The notes: a model not told the origin generated them from the sequence alone. Counted from the first letter of the stretch, positions 1 to 11,629 are shown. The stretch: 64,000 nt of DNA from Gracilinanus agilis (GCF_016433145.1 NC_058130.1:601652283-601716282), one strand, 5' to 3'. Program-made: numbers and translations.

Positions 1-151
1 CAGGCATCTTATTTACGAATTCCATTTAATGTGCATCTCAACTATGTGATTTTTTTTCCACTGAAGAAGGAAACAAAAGTATGCTTTTCAACATTTCATA
101 GATGCACCCCTAAAATATTCTGGCTGAAAAGAAACTTAAAAACCTCGTTTT

Positions 152-373
152 GGGGGCAGCTGGGTAGCTCAGTGGATTGAGAGTCAGGCCTAGAGATGGG
201 AGGTCCTAGGTTCAAACCCAGCCTCAAACACTTCCCAGCTGTGTGACCCTGGGCAAGTCACTTGACCCCCATTGCCCACCCTTACCACTCTTCCACCTAT
301 AAGTCAGTACACAGAAGTTAAGGGTTAAAAAAACAAACAAACAAATCAACCTAAATAAATAAAAAAATAAATA
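152..373 (+). mobile_element. SINE1_Mdo-type tRNA/CORE SINE, full length with A-rich tail
   Basis: GGGGCAGCTGGGTAGCTCAGTGG head (A box), GTTCAAACCC B box, CORE GTGTGACCCTGGGCAAGTCACTT, tail AAGGGTTAAAA. Confidence 0.9.
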
Positions 374-549
374 AGATTCTTCCTATCCAAACACCCTATT
401 TTTATACAGATGAAGGAATTAATGCACAGGACAAAGTAAAGGTGGGTGTTCAATATCACATATTCATTAGAACTTACTGGAATCCTAATCAACTATGCTA
501 ATCCTGATTTACTATACCAATGCTGGCTCCTCTTAAGTTATAGAATGTT

Positions 550-745
550 TACTATGCAGCTGATGCTTTACAAATATTCTCTCATTTGATCCTTATGACA
601 ACCCTGGAGGGTAGGTACTAGTATTACCTCCATTTTTCAGCTGAAGAAACTGAAGCAAACTGTTGCGACTCACCCAAGATCACCCAGCTACTTAGTATAT
701 GAAACTTGGATTTGTCAGTTCTTCCTTAGCACTCTACCTCTAGTG
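550..745 (-). mobile_element. Old MIR-family SINE fragment
   Basis: CTCATTTGATCCTTATGACAACCCTG...CATTTTTCAGCTGAAGAAACTGAAGCA resembles antisense MIR core. Confidence 0.7.
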
Positions 746-1029
746 AGTTGCCTAACAAGGACAACTTAGCTCCACAAAACCCCACCTTCCTCTACAAGGA
801 TTAATTCATTGTTTTATCTCTTAAAGACAGCAAAGAACCATTAGAAGAGATTCAAGAACACCACCTATACTGTGCAAGATTGATTTGTGTAACTTTTGAG
901 ATATATGGTCAAGCCAATCTTCCAAGCAGATTTTGTGGGAGAAGGGTCTGTTTTAACGTTAGTTAAAATAATTCATACATGAAGTCTATAAGTAGCTTTT
1001 ACAATTATTTTTAAAGAAATTATATTTTT

Positions 1030-1140
1030 CTTTTTCTTTTCATTTTCTAAATAATCTTTGCCTCCTGTCTCAGAATTAATATCGTGTATTGGTTCTTAGG
1101 CAGAAAAGCAGTAGGACCAAGCAAGTGGTTAAGGGACTAA
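1030..1140 (-). mobile_element. SINE1_Mdo-type 3' tail fragment
   Basis: CTGTCTCAGAATTAATATCGTGTATTGGTTCTTAGGCAGAA matches the antisense tail of other copies in the window. Confidence 0.6.
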
Positions 1141-1689
1141 GCTTTGCTAAATATTGCTGAGAATTTATCCCAGTAAGCAAGACCAGATCTTCAAATTTAA
1201 AAGTTGGAACCAGTGCCTATCACTTCCTTACAAAATGGATCTCTTCTTTGGCAATGGAGAAAATACAGGAAAATGTTGGAAATTCTTGATACTAGTGATG
1301 CTTAATGGGAAGGGAGGCATTAATCCACACAATTCTTTTTTTTTTTTTAATCTTTGAAAAGTCAGGAAGCCTTTCAAAAACTTCTAAGACCATTTTACAA
1401 AAGCAAGTATCCTTGCCCAAAATGACCCCCACTGACCTACTCAAAAGGAAACACTTACAGATTTTAACACACATATACACAGACAGAGAAACACAGCAGG
1501 CATTCCCCAGGGGCCTAAACAAAATAATCTCTAGTAATTACCATAATAACAGAAAGGAGATGGGTTTTTACAAACTCAGAATTTAAGAGGAGAAATTCAT
1601 GAATTGCAGTATAGGGTATACAGAAGCAGCATAATCTTTATAGAGAAAGGGTCAACTTAAAAAAAAAAGTTATGGAATTCAGGGAGGAC

Positions 1690-2000
1690 CAATCTATTAA
1701 ATCAAATCTTTACTGAACACCTACTGTGTGTAAGGCAGCTGAGGTTTTTTATAAAAGACCATGTAGGGCCTGGGCTGGGCCTTCAAAAAATTACAAGCCA
1801 GCTGGAGAGACAGGATAGGACAAGCAGATTAAAGCAGTAATTAACAATACAAGGTAGTATATTTACTAAAGACTAAATACAATATACAGACAAATGCTAA
1901 GGGAGTTTACCAGAGGAGGAGGAGGAAATCACAGTGGGCTGAAGTCTTTGAAAGAAGGTAGGATTTAGATAAGCAGAACTGCAAAAGGAATAAAACAGAG
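1690..2000 (-). mobile_element. L2 LINE 3' fragment
   Basis: TTTACTGAACACCTACTGTGTGTAAGGCA terminal motif followed by purine-rich L2 antisense-like sequence. Confidence 0.6.
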
Positions 2001-2554
2001 CTGATTAGAGGACACAGCTTCAGGGTAATAATCATTTCAAAGGCTTCACAAGTTTAAAAAAAAAAAAAACCCTAAAAGACACACACAAAAAAACATTTCC
2101 TTCCTTTCCCAACCCAAAGTACCCAGAGATGGAAAGTATAATCAATTTGAATTTATTAGGTTCATCCAGCAAATAAATGCTCCCTGGCTCTACCACAATC
2201 TTATTTTAAAAAGGGAAAAACTAGGAATTCAAAGGAGCAGCTATTTAAATGCACAAAACAGACATAGGCCCAGAGGTGCACACATAGGGCAATAAATGAC
2301 AGAGCTGAATGAATCAATGCTGAGATAAGTGAAAACTATTTCAGAAGAGACATTATTGATCTTGGACAAGTCTCTTAACTTTTCTAGCTTCCATTTCCCT
2401 CATTTTTAGAAATGGACTTCCTCCTTTGCCCACCCACATTTCTAGATTAAGGATCAAGTAAGATTATGGTCCTCCTAAAGTTTTAATATCCATCAAGTTC
2501 TAAAAGAAATATAAATTATCGCAGGGAGAGTTATGCCCAGGAAAGAAGAGGATA

Positions 2555-2725
2555 CTAAAAACCTAGAGAGAAGTGGGTTCAAAATGCCAGATTCGCAGTT
2601 TCTATATGACCAAGAGTGTCAACCATTTGTCATCTCTGAACTCATTCTCTTGATGTGTAAAGTGGGGATAGTATAATACCATGGATATAGGACAAGTAGT
2701 TATAAAGCTTCAAATGAGATATGAA
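2555..2725 (+). mobile_element. Old MIR fragment
   Basis: GGGTTCAAA...CATCTCTGAACTCATTCTCTTGATGTGTAAAGTGGGGATA...CAAATGAGAT. Confidence 0.55.
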
Positions 2726-3201
2726 CAGAAGGTAAAACAAGACAATGGAAAGTGATTTGAAGGTCTCAAAGATCCTGGAACCCCCTAAATACCACTGTCT
2801 AACCCGTCTTAGAATAGAACTTGGAAGGGTTTGGTTGGGGGGGAGGGGGGTTCCACAAAAGAGGTAGGTTTCCTTGTGGTTGTTTTTTCATTTCAAAGTG
2901 GTAATATATTCATTTCTTTGCCTTTGATATGAACACCTTCTAATAGGTATAAATACCTCATTTGATGAACAGAACAAGGTGTGAAACTTCCTAGCAGATT
3001 CATATATAAAAGTTGTCCCTCTTAAGCCCGCTATCAGCTTCCCAGGGGATATAGGAGGTAATTGAGTTGTTTAAGTTTAAAGGGCCTTTCTAGATGTGAA
3101 AACAGTGACGGGAAAATCGACAAGCAATAAATGATTAGTTTTTTAATCAATAAAAAAATCTTAATTTTCCTTTAAAATGAGTTGATTCTAATGCTCTATT
3201 C

Positions 3202-3491
3202 CAGTAATGGCAAACCTTTTAGAGATGGAATGCCAGGCCCCAACCCCACTCCACTCTCCAGAGACTGCATGCCATGATCTCCCCCCCCCCCCATACATGC
3301 TGGGTATGCTCTGCCCTCCCCCCTTACTCCCACACAGGGGAAAGAGGAAGTGCTCCCACTGGGCTGCTGGGTAGAGGGGAGGGGAATGTGAAAAAATGTG
3401 ATCAGGGACAGTGGAGAGGGAAGGGGAGATGAGCCACAACCCCATGCCCACAGAGAGTAGTCTGAATGCAGGCATAGATTCACCATCACTG
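3202..3491. mobile_element. Non-autonomous hAT DNA transposon (MITE), 290 bp
   Basis: TIRs CAGTAATGGCAAACCT (3202) and AGATTCACCATCACTG (ends 3491); 8-bp TSD CTCTATTC / TTCTATTC (7 of 8). Confidence 0.85.
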
Positions 3492-3499
3492 TTCTATTC

Positions 3500-3600
3500 C
3501 ATCCATGGACATTTATTAAACCCCTACTATGTCCCAGGCACTTACTAAGGTACTAGAAATAAAAAATGAGGCCCTCAAGTGTTTACAATCTAATGTTTGT
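3500..3600 (-). mobile_element. L2 3' end fragment
   Basis: CATTTATTAAACCCCTACTATGTCCCAGGCACT. Confidence 0.65.
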
Positions 3601-3643
3601 GGAAGGAAGGAAGGACAGAAGGACGGAAGGAAGGAAGGAAGGA
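3601..3643. repeat. Imperfect (GGAA)n microsatellite
   Basis: Directly visible. Confidence 0.85.
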
Positions 3644-4169
3644 ATTTATCAAAGACCTATCTTTATATGCCAGGCGTTATTCCTCAGCAATATGCTCTAC
3701 ATCTATTTGATAAAAATAATAGAGATCATTAGGTCCTGGACCTGAGATTAAGGTAAAGTTATTTGTTTTAAAATGTTAATTATTAAACAAAGTAATTAGA
3801 ATATTACCTCTATAATTAGAAGTTATTCCAAATTCAATTTTATATTAGAGTATTGCTAGACTCAGATAAGAACCTCTGACAGAAGTATATCATATTAACA
3901 CACTCATACACACTCATTTCCCCCTACTTGTCCCACATTCCCACCCCACCCCCATCTCTCACACACAGTAAGCTATTTAATTACACCAACAGGCCTGTGT
4001 AGCTAAGAAATCAATTCTGGAACATGGGCTAACTAACTATAGGTACATATAAATGAAACTCAATCTAAGCAGCTAGAGAAGATGCAGGGGGATCTTAGCA
4101 GGGCTGAAGAAATCAGCATGCTCACTTACTTGTATGATGACTAGACCCCACCCCCACCAACAGTTTTTA

Positions 4170-4320
4170 GGGTCACTGAGCCTTGAGTTTCCTCATCTGT
4201 AAAATGGAGGACAACAATGATTAAACTAGCCACTTGACAGGGCTGGTTGTGAGAGTCAACAGTGATCAGTGAAGTATGCTTTATTATAGATTGTCACGCG
4301 CTATAGAAATATCTGGTATT
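4170..4320 (+). mobile_element. Old MIR fragment
   Basis: CTGAGCCTTGAGTTTCCTCATCTGTAAAATGGAG MIR core. Confidence 0.75.
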
Positions 4321-4383
4321 ATTGACAGGTTCTCACACAATGTGAAAAAAATAAATGTTTTAATATTTAAAATTAAATAAAAA

Positions 4384-4545
4384 TGGGATAGCTGGATGGC
4401 ACAGTATAGAGATCAAGGATGGAAGTCTGGAGGACCTGGATTCAAATGTGGCCTCAAACACTTTCTAGCTGTTTGACAGTCACTTAACCCAAATTGCCCA
4501 GTCCTTGCCACCCTTCTATCTGAAGGGTTTAAAAAAAAAAAAAAC
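4384..4545 (+). mobile_element. Older SINE1_Mdo-like SINE
   Basis: GGATTCAAATGTGGCCTCAAACACTTTCTAGCTG, tail AAGGGTTTAAAA plus poly-A. Confidence 0.75.
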
Positions 4546-4819
4546 CTGAAATATTCAGGATACTGAAGTTGAGTGATCATGTTTAGAGATGGAGATGGAC
4601 CTATTAAGATATTCTGCCACTTAGAGAAAGATGTTCCTTTGTGTTTGGCACACAATAGGCACTCAAAAATGTATTTTTTTAAAATGAACAAGTAAGCCTA
4701 AAGGGTAGGCACCTGAACACAAATCACTGGCATCCTTCTTCCCTCTATTACCCTGGAGTCTCACACACTCATCAAGCTTCTCTTCTTCCTGTGAGTGAAT
4801 TATAGTAAGTAAATCTTCT

Positions 4820-4990
4820 CTATGTAAAATGTGGCCTGTTTTTTGTGGCAGGGAAAAACTAGAAACAAGTGAATAGCCATCAAGAGGGGCATGGTTGAAT
4901 AAACTCTAGTATACTGAAATAATGGAATATTATTGAGCCAAAAGAAACAACGAATAAGGAATTGAGAAGAACAGGATGAAGTAAGTAAAC
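4820..4990 (+). mobile_element. Old L1 3' ORF2 remnant
   Basis: Resembles 17940-18070 (AACTAGAAACAAGTGAATAGCCATCAAGAGGGGCATGGTTGAATAAACT...AATGGAATATTATTG). Confidence 0.6.
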
Positions 4991-7900
4991 CCAAGTAAAG
5001 ATGATAAGCACTATTAGATATTTACTATGTGCCAGGCATGTTTGTGCCAAACAACATAAAGGGACTACAATATTGTAAACACTGCACCCACACCACCATT
5101 GCCACCACTGCCATCGCCACACACAATTTTTTTTCTTAAAATTCTAAAAGGCAGTTTTAATTCGAGTAATTTTTGAGATGAAACATATCTCTGGATAGAG
5201 TAGACATAAGTGAAGTTTAAATAAAGTAGAAACAAAGACAATGCAGTGTACTTAACAAACAAGGCTTATAGTTGGGTGGCAGTCACATGCTTTTGGAAGA
5301 AAAAAATGAATCACAATGCCTGCTGAACCTGTTTAAAATCAGACACTACCTCTACAGAGCTGCACTATGTTTATTCAGAGAAGCTAATTTCAGATTTATT
5401 CTTTATTTTGCATATTCAATGAATATTTACTCTCCAGTGAATTTAGGCTTATGATCATGTTTGAAAAGAAAAAAAAGTTGAAGTTGCATACTACCTTTCC
5501 ACTGCTCTGCCAGCTGGAAGCATGCCACCAATTGTCTGTTAGGTACGTGATAGGACAGCAAAGTGAGCTGCTTAATAGACATTCAGACAACTTCATGTTT
5601 ACATCAGGTTAAGGGGGAGGAAAGGGGGGACTGAGTAGGAAGAAGAGGAGGGAGTAGCCTCACAAGGAAAAACAGTTTAGTATATCCAGCATCTTTCTCC
5701 TTAAGTAGCCTGTCTTTCAAAATATACTCTTTGACCTTCTACATCATATTTACCTCCTTAATAATTCTTAGCTATTTAGGGAGCCAGGGATTGGGGTAAA
5801 TATACCATTCATGGAGCAAATCCTTTTCCTAAAATTCCACATTGGAACAGCACTGTGCTAGAAAAACAAATTCACCCACATAGACTCTGCATTTGTTACT
5901 AGGAAACAACTTGCTCACAGAGGACATCATGACATTACCGTTCAGAGAAAAAAAAAAATCTAGAGAGATTTTTGTGTTAACAACCTAGAGAGATTTTAAT
6001 TGTTAAAACCTATCAGTTGTGCCTTTCAGATTCTCACTCTGGCCAATATAGGCATGGATTGCTAGGCTTTGGGTGCTGCCTTTAAGATTTGATTGCTAGA
6101 CAGAATTATACAACAGCTAAATTAATTTCATAGCAATAAATAGATTGAGGGATAGAGAGCATGGAGGGTGCTAAAGGGGGAGGGGAATGGGACCAAAAGA
6201 CTAAAGAAGGTATCTGAAATCTCTCTGGTCTAGGAGAAAATAAACCTGCTATTGCAGATACTTTTATTACAAGAAGCTTTTTCCCCCCTGACCAGTACAG
6301 GTAGTGGGCCTGGGCCTGGGTGGGGGAGAAATGAACTATTTAAATAGTTTCAAATTTGACAAAGTAGTTTTCTTTAAATAAAAAAGGAAACTATCACCTA
6401 CATTAGCATCTCTGTATCAACACTCAAGCCATAACTAGTCTGGAGAGAAAAACACCAGGGATGTGATTAACTGAGAAAAACTGAAGGGAGGGGGACTGGA
6501 GAGGGGAAAGAGCTCTAGGGAAAGTGATTCAGGCATTAGAAGTGCTGTACATCTCCCTGCCAAATGAAGCAGCTACAGATGCCAAAACATCCAATTTATA
6601 ATGGTGACACAAAACTGTGTGCATAACAGGACCACACAGCAGCCTTAAAGAAATCTAGGAAAAGCTTGGCCCAATTTAACCCACGAAGTATTGGCTTTTA
6701 AATAATCAGCAAATGTAAAAGTAACAGGGAATTGGGAGTTTGTGCCCTAAAGACTGCACACAGAATTGTGCTGGTTAAACCATTTTTATATTGTCCTCTC
6801 AAAAGAGGGGACAACATTCCACCCTCCACCATCCACCCACCCGACATACATGTCCATAAATTCCCAGCCTGAGAGACAGGCAAAATCTTCAGGCATGAGG
6901 ACTGTCAACAAGCTATGTCCTTATATTCACTCAATCAGGTATCATCAATGGGAAGAGTTTGCCTCCCTCCCCTTTCCCCAATCTTGAGGGATTACTGAAG
7001 TAAATTGCCTTTTCCTTCAGATTAGCAGAAGGTTCTTCTCAGCACTCAAAAGGAAAAATCATCTTATCTTTTCTTCTAACCCATCCAAAACCCAAATCTT
7101 CCATTCATTACCACTCCTAAATTTTCCTTTTGTTCATCCTAATGCTCCCTTCTGCAATTCCATTCCAAATCTGGAGACAAATGAAAAAAGGATCCCTGAT
7201 CCTTCAATTATGGATGGCTCCCATCTTTTCTTTTAGTTGGCTTCCTTTGCCTTCTTCAAAGGCTATAAATTAGGACTCAAAATTCCTGAGATCCCTCACT
7301 TAAATAACTGAGTGACCCTAGGCAAATATTTCATTGTTCGACATCACCAAGGTATAGTGTGAAGAAAGTATTTTGGAAACTTAAAGCATTATAAGGGTTA
7401 TATACTCCTTTTAAAGACAGATGCAGTGGACAAGGGTCCATGTCCACCCCCATGCAGCCTTCCCCCCTAAATTGGTATAATCCAAGCAAGGCCAACTCTG
7501 GAAATATCTAAAAGTTATTCTTCCTTCAGAATCCAACTCAAAAGACTCTGAAAGAGCATTTCAAAGCAGTCATATGTGAATAGATATTTTTTTAATCACT
7601 TAAATACCTTTAAGAGGTGTTATTGCAAGAATTATGTCATGCTCCTTTTGAAAGAAAAGATTTCAACAAAATGTAAGCTCTTTGGGATTGTTTTGATTTT
7701 TCTGTCTTTGAAACCTCAGTAGCTAACTTGGCACACTTTAAGTGCCTTAGAAACTCCTGCTAAAAAACAAATGAAATGGAATGCAGTGAAATGATAATGG
7801 CCCAACCCAGGCCCATGGACTAAAGTACTTTCATCTCTAATGTCCAAGCATGGGATGGGTGGGATGCTCCATTTGGTTGATGTGTCAATTAGTTTTCCTG

Positions 7901-8244
7901 GATATATTTTTCCTTTTTTTTCCCTTTATTATAAAAATCATGGTTTACTGGGAGCCAGCGAGAGAAATGTAGCTGATATAAAAACAAATTATTCCTGTAA
8001 AATACTTAAATATTAAATGCTTATTGATTTGGTAAGTTGTCAAGGCACACACAAAATTTCATAAAAGCTATTAATGCAAACCCTTCTGTGATGATAAAGT
8101 GAAGGAAGTTAGTATATATAAGCAAGCCAGAATTAAGGGATGTCCCACTCATACCCAAATTACTGCAACTAGCTACAAATAATGGGAAGAACAGGAAGAT
8201 TTCTTTTGACAGTTAAGTTTATGCTTTTAAAAACCAGTATCCTT

Positions 8245-8431
8245 GGCAGTTAGGTGGCCATGGAGAGAGAACTAGGCCTTGAGATAAGGATCCAGAGTTC
8301 AAATGTAGCCTCAAATACTTCTTAGCTGTGTGACACTAATCAAGTCACTTAACCTCAATTGCCTAACACTTGCAATTCTTATGCCCTAGAACAAATACTT
8401 AGTATTGATTCCAGGACCAAAGGTAAGGGTT
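8245..8431 (+). mobile_element. SINE1_Mdo-type SINE, left arm of a tail-to-tail pair
   Basis: GGCAGTTAGGTGGC head, GAGTTCAAAT, CAAGTCACTTAACC, tail AGTATTGATTCC...GGTAAGGGTT. Confidence 0.8.
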
Positions 8432-8621
8432 TTTTTTACTTTCTATCTTAGAATCAATACTGTGTATTGGTTCTAAGGCAGAAGAGCAGTAAGGGTTAGA
8501 CAATGGGGGTTAAGCAACTTACCCAGTATCAATAGCTAGACAATATTTATGGGCAGATTTTAACCCAGGAGAGATGGTCTCTTGGCCAGACTCTCAATCC
8601 ACTAAGCCACCTAGCTGGCCC
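8432..8621 (-). mobile_element. SINE1_Mdo-type SINE, right arm of a tail-to-tail pair
   Basis: CTTAGAATCAATACTGTGTATTGGTTCTAAGGCAGAAG...CCACTAAGCCACCTAGCTGGCCC is the antisense copy. Confidence 0.85.
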
Positions 8622-9143
8622 ATTCTGCCATCCATTTAAAAAAATCTTCCATGTACAACAGAGTTCTCTGAATAAGGAAGTTGTGCTTTTTTCTCCCACT
8701 CCCAATTTCCAATAGCAAACAACAGAAACAAAAGAACAAAAGCTACACTGCAACAGGAGAACACAGAAAAATTGCCATACTTGTGGCTGAGGAAACAGGT
8801 TCTGGAAATACAGCCGTAAAACTCAAAGACTTTACAGTCCCTGCCCTTAAGAACTTTTTCATCTAACTGGAAACAAAGATGAGAGCAAAAAATGGAAGAG
8901 AGAGAGAAAAGATCCATACTCAAATAACTTTAATTTTTGTAATTAGAATGTAAGAGAGCCAGGTGAGTAAGGAGAGAAAGAGGGAAAATGGGGGATAGGA
9001 GAGTGAGAGTAACATGTAATATACCACTGAGGAAGTTGAGAATCACACTCACTTGAATTTGTCTTTTCCTCTCCCCTCACACTTACCAATAATCCTTCCA
9101 CTACCCAGGCTATACAATCAAATTCCAACTTTTAAGGTCAGGT

Positions 9144-9352
9144 GGAGGCTGCGGAGTGGCTCAGTGGATTGAGAACCAGGCCTAGAGAGGGGATGTCCTA
9201 GATTCAAATCTGGCCTCAGACACTTCTTAGCTGTGTGCCCCTGGACAAGTCACTTAATCCCCATTGCCTAGCCCTTACCACTCTTCTGCCTTGGAACCAA
9301 CATACAGTATTGACTCCAAGATGGAAGGTAAGGGTTTAAAAAAAAAAAAAAA
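9144..9352 (+). mobile_element. SINE1_Mdo-type SINE with TSD
   Basis: Full head, CORE, tail and poly-A; TSD AAGGTCAG at 9134-9141 and 9351-9358. Confidence 0.9.
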
Positions 9353-9544
9353 GGTCAGCCCAAGGACCAGTTTTGTGCACTTACAGAGAAAACTCCAGGG
9401 GCAGAGAAAAATATTAAGAGAAATGAACCACAAATACAAAGAATATAATTGTCAAACAAAACCCTAAACTGCCAAATTTGACCAAGAAGAAAAAAACATT
9501 AAACTCATTGTTGGTCCAGAATGAACACGCATTCTAGCCAAATC

Positions 9545-9680
9545 ATTTCACTCATTATTTTATACACAAGCATTTACTGGGCACCCATTATGTACCAGGC
9601 ACTGGGCTAAGGCCTGGGGATACAGAAAGGAAAAAAAACCTAGCCCCTAACCTTAAGGAGTTCACACTCTATTTCTTTCT
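9545..9680 (-). mobile_element. L2 3' end fragment
   Basis: CATTTACTGGGCACCCATTATGTACCAGGCACTGGGCTAAG. Confidence 0.7.
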
Positions 9681-9989
9681 AACCTTGAAGGGAAGACATG
9701 ATTGACCTGACCTAAATTAGAACGGTCAACTACATTTGGATGGAAACTACAGTACAAGGGGGTTTGGGTGAGTTTAAATGCCACCTCCTTTGTCTTCAAT
9801 GAGAAAATAGCTCAGGATTTTAGAAGGGGAGGATGTCAACAATTAAAAACCAGGGCCGGAGATTGGAAATTGCTTTTTGATCCAGCAGATTTTTAACTTC
9901 TCCTTGGTTTTGTTGGTATAAATAAAACTTCAGACTAAGAAGGGACAGACTAAAATGAAGGGTGGGCTGGTGTTTCCCTCACAAGTTTA

Positions 9990-10250
9990 AATTTCCCTTT
10001 ATGGTATCCTTCTCTTTCCTTCAGCTGTTCTTCAGGAGCTATTCACGTCTAGCAAGCCAAAACCCATAAATGATCTTTTGCCAAAACGGCAATTATCAGG
10101 TTGACGATCCGGCTTTCCTTCTAAAAGAGAGCTCTTTAATTTGCGCTCTACCTCTGGGCTGAACGACTGAAAATAGAAGTGGAAATTTTCAACCTTTATG
10201 GGAATAGCTCTCCCTATAAAAGCTCATCTCTATTAATTCCTCTTAACCTG
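9990..10250. other. Candidate conserved element: enhancer and/or unannotated minus-strand 120-nt exon (10047-10166)
   Basis: Non-repeat sequence with 6 CpGs in 120 nt against a depleted background; minus-strand acceptor TTTCCACTTCTATTTTCAG, donor GAC|GTGAAT, open frame; three TTTATGG motifs. Confidence 0.45.
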
Positions 10251-10489
10251 CTAGCCCAACTTCATACAGAGAATGAAATAGAAAATATAGAAACAGAACT
10301 AATTTGGGTGGCAGATGGAATTACTAAAATTACATCCTTCCTTCCAGATCAAGCTATATTCACAAAGCACTGGCTGGTTCTGCTAATAGCCAAACTTACA
10401 GAAAGCAATGAAACAAAACCCTTAACTGCTTCACTTGTTTTAGTTTTCATTCTGTAATTGAAAGCTTTTTTTTGCACTGACACCATGCC

Positions 10490-10675
10490 TTACCCCCTCT
10501 ATCCCCCTCCCCTTTCTTCTTTCTTGGGTCTCCTCTTTCCTCTCTCCTGCTTTTTCTCCTTCCTTTCTCCTTTCTCTTTCATTCACTCTTTCCCTATCCC
10601 CTCCATCTCTCCTTTTCTCTCCCCTTCTTTTTCTCTTTCCTCTTCTCCTTCCTCTTTCTTTTTCTCTCCTCTCCC
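10490..10675. repeat. Polypyrimidine/polypurine low-complexity tract
   Basis: About 185 nt of almost only C and T on the plus strand. Confidence 0.9.
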
Positions 10676-10794
10676 AATTCAAGTGGCTGGTACTGCTACG
10701 CCCCTTAAATTACATCTCCAGAGCCTCTGGGCATTTGTACTAGTAATGTAATTCTTGTGCCCATGTCTAGAAATGACCCGGGTTCATTAGAGAT

Positions 10795-10975
10795 AGTACT
10801 GGTTGGTGATAGAGCACAGAGCTTAGAGTCAGGAGGGCCTAGGTTAAAATCCCACCACAGATAAAACTGGGCAAGTAAATCACTTAAAATCTTCTGAGCC
10901 TCAATTTCATCCTCTGTAACATAAAAGGGGTTTTGGTAGCCTGTAAGGTTCTTTCTAATTCTAAATCTATGTTAT
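10795..10975 (+). mobile_element. Old MIR
   Basis: AGAGTCAGGAGGGCCTAGGTTAAAATCCC...CTGAGCCTCAATTTCATCCTCTGTAA. Confidence 0.7.
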
Positions 10976-11629
10976 CAAGTTCTCAACCAACAGAAGAATT
11001 ACTTTGTGTCTACTTTATTTCTTTACTTACTTACCCCATAAGTAAGATAACTAGCTTATGTTGTATCTCTCTCCCTTCCCTCATTGGCCCAGAGTACAGT
11101 AACTTTAATACAAGGTTGTTGAATTATAGTGAACAGTGTCATCATCCATCACCTGAAGCCATAAATCTAGTGGAAGCAGGGTACTTTCTAAGAATGGGAT
11201 GCCAGACACTATGACCCAACAAAAATAGAAAAGTATTCAGAGTATTCCAGCTAATCAAATATTTGTTGAGCAACTAATGCATTCAGAATTATGCAAGGTG
11301 TCATGTGTGTACACAGTCTTTGCACACTAAAGGTTTATAGTCTAGTTAGGAACATGGATATCAAACTACATAAATGAGGCAAAATTATCTATCATCACCA
11401 CCACTTTGGCATTGCATGCTATAGCAAATCACAAGTAGGAGTAAATTTCCAAAGCGTGGAATAGCTAGGGAACCCCATTAAAAAGTGCTTAATACTAACA
11501 GACCTTTCCAACGTTTAACACTTTGAAACTGAACTAGTGGTTATCCACTAGTTGTCTCATCCTGCCTCTGTGTAGGTCCCCCTTTATCATTTATAATACA
11601 TAATTTAGACCTTCTTTGTCATTATATTT

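Noticed and set aside
152-230. SINE heads with A and B boxes as tRNA genes
   Set aside because: No cloverleaf; they run directly into the CORE domain and SINE tail
10458-10751. Hydrophobic 97-aa ORF and the antisense R/E/K-rich ORF
   Set aside because: Translations of the C/T low-complexity tract
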